DNA of 64,000 nucleotides, taken from IMG/VR virus record IMGVR_UViG_3300029288_007089, positions 1-64,000 of that record, one strand, 5' to 3'. Below, in pieces: positions 45,665 to 55,465 of the stretch. The notes under the pieces were generated by a model that saw only the letters and a program-made list of their open reading frames with translations, did not search any database and was not told the origin of the DNA. Made by a program: the position numbers and the translations under genes. Within the stretch, counting starts at the first letter, position 1. Each line of letters starts with the position of its first letter. The stretch is from a virus. Taxonomy: Duplodnaviria > Caudoviricetes.

Positions 45665-48109
45665 ATGTCCAAGAAGAACAAACCCCTCTTCGCAGACCGC
45701 CTCACCCGGCGCGAATACGAGGCGCTGGAGGAATTCGCGGCCCTCACCGCCGACCGCCCGGATGAATTCATCAGCCCGCGCGACTACGCCACCGAACGCA
45801 GCAATTCCGGCAATGCCTGGTTGCAGGCGCTGTGGCGCGTCTACTCCAAGACGCAGGGGCAGGCGCTTGAGCGCGAGCCGAGCGGTTACATCATGTACCG
45901 CGTGCCCGCCGGCGTTCGCGAGGCCATGCGACAGGCAGCGGAGGCGTAGCCATGTCCGAGAAGAACCGCACAGAGCGTGAATACGACCCTTTCTACAGCG
46001 ACCGGTGGCTGCGACGCATCGAGCGCGACACCGCACGGCTGGCGCGTCTGGTCGAGAGCGGCCAGGCCAGCAGCGCGGAGTACGCCACGCTGTGCGACAC
46101 GCTGGCGCGGCTCCAAGCGGCCTACGACGCCGTGAATGCGGAGGCGTGAGATGACTAAGTGCGCAATCTGCAAAACGGAAGAGGCAACATGGGCCTGGCA
46201 ACCATTCGGCCCCGACCCTGATCCGGTAGGAACTTTCGCCGGGCTTGGCAATCACTATCGCGGGTTTCCCGTCATCAAGGCGTGCGAACTTTGCCGTATT
46301 GAAATTAGAAAAGGCAGTGCGCACGTGGAATTTGACTATAAAGGCACGCACTACATTATGGACGCCGACGGCCCGCAGGCAGTCCCTGCCTATGTCGCCG
46401 ATGCGCTACTGTGGCTCGAAGAAACACGCGCGCCGAAGACGATTGCGGAGGCGTAGCATGACCGTCTACGAGAACCGCCCCGTGACCATCCCCGACACCG
46501 AGCGAGCGCGCCTTATCGCCGTCGCCCTCATCCGCGCCCGCAAGTGGAACGGGGAGGGCGTTGTCGAGTTCCCGCGCCTGAACGCGGCCTGGCAGGTGTA
46601 CGCGCTGGGCAGCGTGGGCGAACTCACCGAGGGCGACGACTACATCATTTACCCGAACGGGAGGAACCGCGATGCCTGAGAACCCTGTCACCTACCGCGA
46701 CACCCAGGCCGAAGCGATGCGCTGGCACGCCACGCCGAAGCCGGTTGAGGAATGGCGCTTGGACGCGGCCTTCCGCGTGATGAGTGACCTCATTGAACGC
46801 GCGACGGCGAACGAGATGGCGCTGAGCACGATGCGCCAGACGTTCGTCGAGTTGCGCCGCCGCGTGACGTGGTTGGAAGAGAAGCTGGCAGAAGCCGGGG
46901 AGGGGGAGAGCGATGACCATTGAGGAACTTATGGAACGCATCGGCGACATGTACAGCGGCTCTGGCCGGCCCGTGTTCGGGGTGACGCTGAACGCGAAGG
47001 TTTGCGTCGAAAAAACGGACTGGCTTGCCTACGCTGACTTCCGCCAAGAGCACGGTGAGAGCGTGCGCGAGATATACGCGAAAGGCAGAACGGCCACCGA
47101 CGCGCTTCTATCGCTGCTCGAAAAAGTGGCGCGCGAACAGAACGGCGAGTTTGGCGTGCAAGGCGTGTCATGCCTGGAGAAGCGCGCGGCGCTGGCGAAG
47201 GAGAGGGACAATGCCTAAAACCCGTGGCGAATGGGTTGTACTGCTCGTGATCGTCGCCGTCATGCTCGGCGGCACTGCGCTCTGCACGCTCGCCGCATAC
47301 GGCGCGTCGGTTAAGTTCGGCGTGCCGGGACTGTAGAGGAGATAGGACAATGAACGTCGAAAGAAAGTACGATGAACTACGCGAGCAGTACGAAGTCGAA
47401 GCCGAGCGCGCCGACCGCGAGCGCCGGCTGGTCGAAGCCGCCGAGCGTCAGGCGAAGGCGCTGGAACAAATCGCGAAGCGCCTGAATGACATCGACAACA
47501 CCCTGAACAGACTCATCGATCTTTCGCCTGCCAGATAGCGGAGAGGAGATACCGATGGTTGCACTACCTAAAACCGACATGACCGCCGAAGCGCTGCGCC
47601 TCCAAGTCCTCATCGACGACTTCTCCCTTGAGGCTTACGACTGGCTGTGCCTCGTGGCCCGCACGCGCGAAGAACGCACCGATACATGGGTGCATCTCTG
47701 CGCCGAAGCGGGCAAAACCAAATATGGACGGGACCGCCTCGACTTCTGGCGGCTCGTGGTCGCCGAACTGCGCGCCGGCGCGCTCGTGCGCGTCCCGATC
47801 CTCGCCGCCATTATCGACCGCAGCGTGGAGGCGGGTGAATTGCCCCTCGCCATCGAATGCCCGGAGTGCGGCGAGACGGCGGCATACGACCGCACCGGCT
47901 ACCGCGCCTGGGTCTGCCTCAACCCGCACTGCGGTCACGCGACGGCGTGGGAGTATGTCGCGCAGTCCATGACGGCGACGGAGTTTAAAGCCGACGCCGA
48001 GGGCAACACCGCGCCGGCGCGGGCGCAGATCGCGGATGAGCTTGTCGCGCGCATGGGCGTCCCGTACTGGCGCGGCGCGCGGCATCCGATTTACGTAGGT
48101 GAGTTGTAA
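45665..48109 (+). other. Run of small early-gene ORFs (45665-45949, 45952-46149, 46151-46456, 46458-46679, 46672-46923, 46913-47218, 47211-47336, 47350-47538, 47555-48109)
   Basis: Tightly coupled ORFs with GGAGG-type RBSs; no recognisable family. Confidence 0.6.
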
Positions 48110-49920
48110 TGCCTACCGTCACCGACGCCATTGCCGAGCGCGGCCCGATGCAGCGCCGCCACCTGGAGATTGACCGCAAGCTGGTCGATCCTATGGCAGT
48201 ACAGCGCGATTGGGTCTGCGTGACGTGCGGCGAAAGCCTGCGGCACAATGGCGACGGCTCGTACCGGTGCGCCTGTGGCGTCATTCAAGTCGGCGCAAGC
48301 GTTATCACGCGCCGCGCCCAGGCGCACCGCCAGTCACGTGAAACATTGGACGCCGACCACTTCCGTATCTTGTGGCGGCAAACGACAGGAGGGAGAGAGA
48401 TGCCGATCAAAGACCGAACTTCCCGCAATGTGGGACTGAGCCGCGCCGGGATCATCCGCCTCGGCCACAAAGTGCCCGTATTCGACAAAGACGGCAAGCA
48501 GCGCACCACGAAATACGGGACGCCCATGACGCGCCCGGTTGACGTGGAATACTTCGTGCTTAACGACGCACCCGCCGTCGCCGAGGCCTACGCCGGCTAC
48601 AAGGCCGCGAAAGACGTGCACGGCTCCGGCCCGACAGAACTGCTCGTGTACCTGCCGTTCGGCGACCCCGCCAAGAATTTCGACGCCAATTACGAATGGT
48701 GGCAGGCCGGCGGCTGCTACTGTCGCGGCAACGGTGAGTTCATCGACCGCGCCTGGAGCAACAACGGCCTTACGCTGCTCATCGAGGACGGCTTCGCGGT
48801 CAAGGCGCACCGCGATAACGAGTGGAGCTTCGGCGACGGCGCGCAGGTGCCATGCTCCGGCGGCGGCGAGACGCGCCTGTACGCGCGGTGCAACGAATGC
48901 CGGCTGTCCGGCGTGTTTCGTATCCTGGTGCGCGACCCGAACGACATGGTACACCTCGTCGCCGACGACCTGCGCTACTACCAGATTCGCACCCACTCCG
49001 GCGTGACCTACGACCGCCTCAGCGAACAGGTGGCGCAGTACGCGCGCTGGGCCGCCGACAATGGCATGGCGCTTCCCGGCATCCCGTTCCGGCTGGTGCG
49101 CGTCCCGGAGACCATGAGCTACGTCGCCACCGACCGCAACGGCGCGCCGACGGAGCGCAAACAGAGCGACCACGCGCTGATGACGCTGATCCCGGATGAG
49201 GAATGGACGCGCGTCATCACCGAGATGCAGTACCGGAGCGCGCTGTCGCTGACCGCGCCGACGGCGCACGCGCGGGAGGCGCTGCCTTCCGGCGAGGTGC
49301 AATTAGAGGCGGAGGAGGCCATCGACGACCCCGACGGCTACGATCATAGCTGGAAACTGGTCGAGGGCGAAGTTGTTGACGAAGAGCCGGAGCAACAGAA
49401 CGGCAACGGCAAACCAACGACCTCCGGCTATGCGGACATGGATGACATGCAGCTTATGGAACACGCCAAGACGACCGCGCGCCCGTGGTCCGGCGATCTC
49501 GCCGCCGCATACCTGCAAATGAAAGCGAAGAAGGGCAAGGGCGCTGCCTCTGACGGCAAGCGCGGCCTGCTCGTGGGCAACCTGGAAAAGCTACTGGGCG
49601 GCGACGATAACGCCACACGCAAACGCCACGAACTGATGCTGGCGCTGTTTGGCGCCGACAGCAGCAAGACGCTGAATGCCGGACAGGTACAGGCGCTGTT
49701 GGACTGGATTGAGAAGGACGGCGAACTGGCACGGCAAGAAGCTGAGCGCATCCTGACGGTCGCGGCGAAGCAGCGCGGGCAGGTGGATATGTTCACCAGC
49801 GCCGAACCCGCACCGGAGGGGGAGGCGACGCAGCCCGAACTCGACAACTGGTTCGGGCCGAAGGACAAGCCGAGCGAAGAGGCGGCGAAGGCCGCGATTG
49901 ACGGAGGGACACCGAAATGA
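48109..49920 (+). CDS. Gp3-like / recombination-directionality-factor-like protein (possible second start at 48400)
   Basis: GIIRLGHK...RPVDVEYF...PTELLVYLP...YEWWQAGGCYCRGNGE; RBS before the internal MPIKD. Confidence 0.6.
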   Translation: MPTVTDAIAERGPMQRRHLEIDRKLVDPMAVQRDWVCVTCGESLRHNGDGSYRCACGVIQVGASVITRRAQAHRQSRETLDADHFRILWRQTTGGREMPIKDRTSRNVGLSRAGIIRLGHKVPVFDKDGKQRTTKYGTPMTRPVDVEYFVLNDAPAVAEAYAGYKAAKDVHGSGPTELLVYLPFGDPAKNFDANYEWWQAGGCYCRGNGEFIDRAWSNNGLTLLIEDGFAVKAHRDNEWSFGDGAQVPCSGGGETRLYARCNECRLSGVFRILVRDPNDMVHLVADDLRYYQIRTHSGVTYDRLSEQVAQYARWAADNGMALPGIPFRLVRVPETMSYVATDRNGAPTERKQSDHALMTLIPDEEWTRVITEMQYRSALSLTAPTAHAREALPSGEVQLEAEEAIDDPDGYDHSWKLVEGEVVDEEPEQQNGNGKPTTSGYADMDDMQLMEHAKTTARPWSGDLAAAYLQMKAKKGKGAASDGKRGLLVGNLEKLLGGDDNATRKRHELMLALFGADSSKTLNAGQVQALLDWIEKDGELARQEAERILTVAAKQRGQVDMFTSAEPAPEGEATQPELDNWFGPKDKPSEEAAKAAIDGGTPK

Positions 49921-50420
49921 CCGCTATTGACGAATTACTTGACCACATCCTGACCGTTGCGCACGAGCAAGCTATTGAGCTTGACGACGCAGACCAGAAA
50001 GCACGTGTGGAGGTTTGGCGAGACATTCAGGCCGGTAAGCTGAACGCAGAAGACTTCGAAGATGAGAGTATGGGATACGACGCCGCGCTTACTCGCGACG
50101 CTCACGAAGCTACCGTCGGCGAGGTGGTGGTGGCGGTTGCGCGTGAGACGGAGTGCAGGAACGACCTGTGTTGGCTGCTCACCCTCTTCCACGCGCGTCG
50201 CGACGCCACCGGCTGGCGCGTGGTCATGCGCGAATACCCGCCGTCGCCGGAAGACTGCGAGCGCATTGGTGAATTGGCGGCACGGTATGGTGTTGCTGTG
50301 AGTGTGGCGCAGAACGAAGCGCTAGAGCCGGAGCCGGTGCCCGACGCGCCGGCGAGGGACGCGGAGATGCCAGAGAACCCGCTGGACTGGCTGAGCGAGT
50401 TGGCGAGAAAGGACGATTGA
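49917..50420 (+). CDS. Hypothetical protein
   Basis: 167-aa acidic ORF, ATGA overlap. Confidence 0.6.
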   Translation: MTAIDELLDHILTVAHEQAIELDDADQKARVEVWRDIQAGKLNAEDFEDESMGYDAALTRDAHEATVGEVVVAVARETECRNDLCWLLTLFHARRDATGWRVVMREYPPSPEDCERIGELAARYGVAVSVAQNEALEPEPVPDAPARDAEMPENPLDWLSELARKDD

Positions 50421-50444
50421 CTATTCAAAGATACCTGCTATAAT
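50417..50444 (+). promoter_or_regulatory. Strong promoter TTGACT-16-TATAAT with extended -10 TG
   Basis: 50417-50422 and 50439-50444. Confidence 0.8.
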
Positions 50445-50449
50445 AATGA

Positions 50450-50556
50450 TTGCTAAGGGACAACGGAGCGATTTTTTGTTCGCGGTAACAAGCCGCTCTT
50501 TGGCGCAAATCGTTCCGTCCCTTAGCAAGACGCGAACAGCCAGAGGGCGGCTTGTT
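50450..50556 (+). ncRNA. Interlocked three-helix 5' leader RNA upstream of the tnpB remnant
   Basis: Pairings 50450-74/50507-28 (22 bp), 50477-84/50531-38 (8 bp), 50487-504/50539-56 (18 bp). Confidence 0.65.
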
Positions 50557-50572
50557 GTTTAGGAAAATAATC

Positions 50573-50941
50573 ATGCTGGTGCGCAGCTACAAATACCGAC
50601 TGTATCCTACACCAACGCAAGTGCGCCGCTTGTTCGCAATGTTGCGCCTGTCGCGCCTACTCTACAACCACATGCTGGGCTATCGAGAGGAGGAGCACTC
50701 CTCATGGGCGCTAAGCCGCGTAAGACTTCATGATTTCATGAAGCAACGGTTTGCCCGAAAGCTCCGTTATTATGCGGAGAGTGCTATGGCGAACGCTAAG
50801 CTGTGTAAGACGCCGCAATTGCGCGGCGCGGTGGTTAGTTCGCAAATCTCTGCCAATCCGGAGCAGCTGGAGGTCTGCGACGCGACACACTCTGCCGGCA
50901 TCGAAGAAACGCCATATCTGGCGGAGACGGCGGCGCGATGA
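50573..50941 (+). pseudogene. tnpB: Internally deleted IS605-type tnpB (only the N-terminal HTH is recognisable)
   Basis: MLVRSYKYRLYPTPTQVRRL...SRLLYNHML; no RuvC motifs; another frame gives a C-terminus-like RGGALLMGAKPRKTS* ending at 50733. Confidence 0.75.
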
Positions 50942-50956
50942 CCGCCACCGGTGGCT

Positions 50957-51213
50957 GTTGCAACCGTCAACCTCCGGAGGTGGAGGGTGCTAGCACTATG
51001 GACGGTGGCTGGTCTGGGATGGCCGGCGTTGTTGCAACCGTCAACCTCCGGAGGTGGAGGGTGCTAGAGCCGTCAGACTTGCCGAGACGCGCCAAGACGA
51101 ACTTGTTGCAACCGTCAACCTCCGGAGGTGGAGGGTGCTAGAATGCCGCACCTCCGGCCACAGATACGCGGTAAGCGTTGCAACCGTCAACCTCCGGAGG
51201 TGGAGGGTGCTAG
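50957..51213 (+). CRISPR. CRISPR array 2: four identical 37-nt repeats GTTGCAACCGTCAACCTCCGGAGGTGGAGGGTGCTAG, spacers of 37, 37 and 35 nt
   Basis: Repeats at 50957-50993, 51031-51067, 51105-51141 and 51177-51213; orientation inferred from the upstream promoter. Confidence 0.93.
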
Positions 51214-51229
51214 ACACAAAACAGGAGGC

Positions 51230-51547
51230 ATGATGAACGCTCAGAATATTGCCAAGCAGTTGATGAAACACTGCGCTAATGAACCGACGGCAGAGGTTCA
51301 CTGGTACGCCGGCGGGACAGTTGACTACCGCTTCTGGACCGGAGAATATATGCTCACCGTATCGGTGTTCACCAATGAGGAGGACCGCAACGAGGCGGGT
51401 AGGTGGCCGAGCATGGGCGCCGTTGATGGCAGCCGGGGCCTGATAACCGACTACGAAGGTCCCGAATACAGCACCGACGCTGGGGCCGTGCGCGCGGCGA
51501 TTGCATTGATGGAAGAGATGCGACAGGACTATGGGGGTGAGGCATGA
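51230..51547 (+). CDS. Hypothetical protein
   Basis: CAGGAGG RBS, 105 aa. Confidence 0.65.
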   Translation: MMNAQNIAKQLMKHCANEPTAEVHWYAGGTVDYRFWTGEYMLTVSVFTNEEDRNEAGRWPSMGAVDGSRGLITDYEGPEYSTDAGAVRAAIALMEEMRQDYGGEA

Positions 51548-51990
51548 CTGATGACGAACTGCGCGCAAAAGCGCACAGGGTAGCCGAGGCGTTAGGCCTG
51601 GGGCGCGAACTGCCGCGCTACCACTGCGGGCGTTGCGGCAACAAGTGGCTGGTCGAGGACACGCCGCGCTGCCCGGAGTGCGACGCGCACGGCGACGGCG
51701 TGGCGCACATCGGCATGGAATTCAGCGCCATTGACCTGCTTACGGAGGCCGGCGTTGCGACACTGTTGGGAATATTGCGCAAATGGCATATCGGCGTTGT
51801 GCCCGAATGGACCGACGAATGGGGCAACGACTACATGACTTACACGGTTGTCGTTAACCGCAAAAAAGGCAAGCGAAGCTACGCTTCACGGCGTTTTTCG
51901 GGCCGCGCCAAAACCCGACCGGCGGCCCTGGTTCTAGCTGCGCACGCGGCACTGGAGGCGGGATGGTTGTGGGAGTTGGTGCATGAGTAA
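51544..51990 (+). CDS. Hypothetical Zn-ribbon protein; intact paralog of the gene disrupted at 55037-55465
   Basis: MTDDELRAK...CGRC...CPEC...ALVLAAHAALEAGWLWE. Confidence 0.7.
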   Translation: MTDDELRAKAHRVAEALGLGRELPRYHCGRCGNKWLVEDTPRCPECDAHGDGVAHIGMEFSAIDLLTEAGVATLLGILRKWHIGVVPEWTDEWGNDYMTYTVVVNRKKGKRSYASRRFSGRAKTRPAALVLAAHAALEAGWLWELVHE

Positions 51991-52411
51991 GTCTAAGCGC
52001 ATTACCGTCCAGCAATGGCGCGCCAACCCGGACCAGTACCCGGACGCCGTGTACATTGGCCGCGCCGCGCCGCGGTACGGGCTGCGCGCCAGCAAGTGGG
52101 CGAACCCGTACCGCATCAGCACAACGGTCACGCGCGACCTCGCTATTGCGCGCTACGTGCTGGACTGCACCCAGGACGGCATATGGCAGTTTGTAAAACG
52201 AGTAGAGGAACTACAGGACAAAATGCTTGTCTGCTGGTGCAAGGCAAACGAGCGCTGTCATGGTGACTTTCTGCTATCGGTTGCGAATGCAGAGACGAGC
52301 GGGCGGGCGTTTGGTAACGCCATTCATTGGCGGTCGTGGGCGTTTATCATTCAATGTCTTGATGCGCCACCGGCGGAAAGCTGTGGTATTGTAGAAGAAA
52401 CGGGTAAATGA
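51983..52411 (+). CDS. DUF4326 family protein
   Basis: VYIGR...SKWANPY...LVCWCK...CHGDFL. Confidence 0.85.
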   Translation: MSKSKRITVQQWRANPDQYPDAVYIGRAAPRYGLRASKWANPYRISTTVTRDLAIARYVLDCTQDGIWQFVKRVEELQDKMLVCWCKANERCHGDFLLSVANAETSGRAFGNAIHWRSWAFIIQCLDAPPAESCGIVEETGK

Positions 52412-52632
52412 GGACGGGACAATGAAGAGCTATCACAACGCACAATTCGCGCGCCTCACCGAGAAGGACAAGCCGAAGCCGACGCAAGCACAGCGCCGCG
52501 CGCAGGGTGAGGCCTACCGCGCCGCTATTCTCCGCTTTGGCGCGCCGGAGCCGGAGGCCGCGCCGGAGCCGGTCGTGCAGGAGGCCGCCAAACGCGGGAC
52601 CAGCTTTCGCGATGCGGTTGGTGTATTTGACC

Positions 52633-53619
52633 ATGATCCTCTTAATATCGTGCGCGTCTATTCTGGTGGTGCTCAACCTCGCCTCGTCGCGCGGTTCACC
52701 GCCAGTCGGGTTAGCCGCACCGAGGATCACGAACACCGCGTCATCTACTTGGACATCTACACCGATCCCGCCCCCGACGATATTGCCGACGCGCACACCG
52801 ACGCCAATCCCGACCGTGACGCCGTTCCTGACCTGGACACCGCCGCCGACATGGACACCGCCGCCGACATGGACGGCGATACCGACGCAGAAGGCGACGG
52901 CGACGTGGACGCGGGAGCCGACGCCAACAATCCCATCAGCCGACACCGCGCCGCCCGCCGCGCAGAACGGGCCTATTTCGATAACGCAGCGCGCCTCGCC
53001 GGACTTCCCAGAGCGCCCGGAGCCTGCACGTTCGTCTGGCGAGACGCGCCCGGCGCTGAGGGAAGTTGAGGTTATCATAATCGTGCTTGGCTTAGCAACA
53101 CTTCTGGGAATGCCCACGCTACAACGTGCCTGGCAGATGCGGGACGTGCGCCCGGTGAACCACTGGCGGCCGGAGCCGGCGCGCGCGGAGCCGTCCGGCT
53201 ACGTTGACCGTTGGGACGTGTACCGCAAATGGCGCAACTGGCTGCGCGCGGTCATTGTCTATGGTGCGGAGCATGGGTTCAGCCGGAGCACGCTGTACGA
53301 CTACTTCCGCCCGCGCTACCCGTTCGCGTCGCAGGCGTTGATATACCGCACGGTGAGCCTGCTCGCGGACACCGACATTCTGTACACCAGCCAGGGACGC
53401 GAGACGGTGCTGCTCGTGACAGTGGGGGAGGCGGTGAAACAGACGCGCGTGCGGTTCGGGCGCGAGACGCAAGAGTTCCCCTTCCCTACCGACGATCCCT
53501 TCGGGCCATTCGAGGTGCGTACCGTCCCTGAACAGGTTAAACAAGTTGAACAGGTTAAACAGGTTGAACAAGCTGAACAAGTAACTATCGCGAAATCGGA
53601 GGGCGAAAATGACGGATGA
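52633..53619 (+). CDS. Membrane protein with Pro/Thr-rich linker
   Basis: Hydrophobic N-terminus, TPTP/WTPPPT repeats, second TM segment, EQVKQV repeats; an overlapping alternative frame starts at 52422. Confidence 0.5.
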   Translation: MILLISCASILVVLNLASSRGSPPVGLAAPRITNTASSTWTSTPIPPPTILPTRTPTPIPTVTPFLTWTPPPTWTPPPTWTAIPTQKATATWTREPTPTIPSADTAPPAAQNGPISITQRASPDFPERPEPARSSGETRPALREVEVIIIVLGLATLLGMPTLQRAWQMRDVRPVNHWRPEPARAEPSGYVDRWDVYRKWRNWLRAVIVYGAEHGFSRSTLYDYFRPRYPFASQALIYRTVSLLADTDILYTSQGRETVLLVTVGEAVKQTRVRFGRETQEFPFPTDDPFGPFEVRTVPEQVKQVEQVKQVEQAEQVTIAKSEGENDG

Positions 53620-54990
53620 CACACAAGAGAAGCGACTATACGTGCGCATCACCGCGCCTGACGGTAAAGGCCCCGCCTACATCTGCGCGCCCGCGGACCT
53701 GCCATCTGACATTGAGGACTGGCTGTTCGACGGGGGAGATGAGCCGTATTTGATGGCGGCAGTTTATATGACGCCCGACGAATTTATGGCATTGCCCGAT
53801 TTCGAGGGCTTCTAAACGAAGCGGGTCGTCACGTAGGGCTGCAACCGACGCGTGACGACCCTGGCCTCACAGGAAGCCATCTCTATTGTAACATGCTTCC
53901 TGTGGGGGACATAGCTCACAGGAGGCTATTCATGTACCCGAAACGATGGTGCCAGGCCGCTATCGCCGCGTGCATCCTCGTCATCCTCGCCGCCGCGCTC
54001 GCGCTCCTCGCCGGCCCCGCCGAGGCGCAGGAGCCGACGCCGTGCCCGTGGCCGACAGCGTGGGCGACGGCGGTCGCTACGGAGATCGCCAGCACGCAGC
54101 GCCAGACGCTCATCATGCGCCCTGTGTGCGCGCCGGCAACGCCCGCGCCGGCGGCTGCGCCTGCCGTCACCGCGCAGGTAGAGACCGGCGATACCGGCAT
54201 GTTCGGCCTGCCGCTATGGTATGAGCGCATAGCCGGCATTGTCGCCATCGTTGGCGCGGTATTCCTGGACATTCTGCGCCGGCGGGCGCTGGCGGCGCGC
54301 CGGCAACCGCGCACGCTGGGCGAGCAGATGGGCGTGTACGAGCGGGGTGGGGGAGGGGACAATGTTTGAGCTTGTCATCCTTCCCATCGCCGCTGCCGTC
54401 GCCGGCGTGTGGTTGCTGTTCAAGTTTGTAGACGGCGGGGACCGCGATGCCGTGTACACGCGCCGGCAGGAGGCTGCGCGCATGAGCGGCTACATTGCGC
54501 GCGACACGCCAATGCCGGACGCGGTATATCCACAACCGCAGCCGCACACGCTGCCAGAGGAGCCGCCGCGCCGTGAGTTGCGGCATCGGTATCCGGAGCT
54601 ATCATGGAAATACGAGAACGGGGACTTCCGCGCCGGCTGGGACGGCACACGCGGGCAATACCACGTGACGGGCAGCAACCCACGCACGCAAGAGACGCGC
54701 GTCCTGCTATTCCGCCGGCAGGCGGATATGGAGTGGTGCGTGAAAGAGATGGGGTACAGGGGGAGGCTGCCATGAGCATCAGAAGCCGCATCCTGGAGCT
54801 TGCGTGGCGCAACAAGCCGCGCTGGTACGTGGCCGCGCGCGTCGTGCGCGGCGAGATACAATTCCGCGTGGTTGCTGCGATGCCCGGCGAGAAGCCGGCG
54901 CTAGAGCCAGGCGAGAAGGTGATCTATGGTCCGCGCGAGGCGAAATGGTGCGCCGACACGGAATGCGCGTACTGGGAGCGGGAGTATTGA
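53609..54990 (+). other. Four small ORFs (53609-53815, 53932-54369 secreted/membrane, 54362-54775 membrane-anchored, 54772-54990)
   Basis: Coupled starts with RBSs; hydrophobic N-termini in two. Confidence 0.55.
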
Positions 54991-55036
54991 GCGGCGGGGC
55001 GAGCAGCCCGCACGCACGGCTGGCGAGGAGGTTGCC

Positions 55037-55210
55037 ATGAACGACGAAGAACTGCGCGCCGCCGGCGCGTGCGGCTATGCCGGCCATTCTGACGACAACG
55101 CGGCGGTGAACATTGCCCGCCGCGCGCTGTACCGCAAAGCGGATTGGCCCGGTGGCTATCGGGAGTTCCATCGTAGTTTCGCAAACGTCAGTACCTTTAC
55201 AACAGAATGA
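55037..55210 (+). pseudogene. tnpB: Chimeric ORF: 5' end of a phage gene (MNDEELRA) fused to the last ~48 codons of the 18-kb nuclease homolog
   Basis: GACGYAGHSDDNAAVNIARRALYRKADWPGGYREFHRSFANVSTFTTE vs ...KADWEGGYREFHRSFANVSTLTTK; homology starts at ~55063. Confidence 0.9.
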
Positions 55211-55394
55211 GGTTTGAGAACAGGGTGCAGTCACACACCCTGGGCCTGGGGCTGCGCGTAAGACCAGAGGGACGCCCGGCGTTCCTGGCGCGTCGAAACG
55301 CGCCACTAGCGGCGGCTTTGGGCTGAATCCCACGCTTTGCGTGGCACCGCAACGCAGGTTGCGGTGGGCGAATCTCAGAATAGGCCATTGTGAC
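55211..55394 (+). ncRNA. Second copy of the scaffold RNA ending in a single repeat variant
   Basis: Colinear with the reverse complement of 18196-18380; repeat GTTGCGGTGGGCGAATCTCAGAATAGGCCATTGTGAC at 55358-55394 (4 differences). Confidence 0.85.
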
Positions 55395-55396
55395 CG

Positions 55397-55465
55397 CTAG
55401 TCCTGGCGGCGCACGCGGCGCTGCAGGCGGGGTGGCTGGAGGGGGAGGGAAGTGATGCTGAATAA
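55397..55465 (+). pseudogene. 3' remnant of the interrupted gene (LVLAAHAALQAGWLEGEGSDAE*)
   Basis: Matches the C-terminus of 51544-51990; in frame with the ATG at 55037. Confidence 0.8.

Noticed and set aside
51150-51158. Spacer 3 of array 2 shares CACCTCCGG with the reverse complement of the repeat
   Set aside because: A 9-nt GC-rich match is compatible with chance
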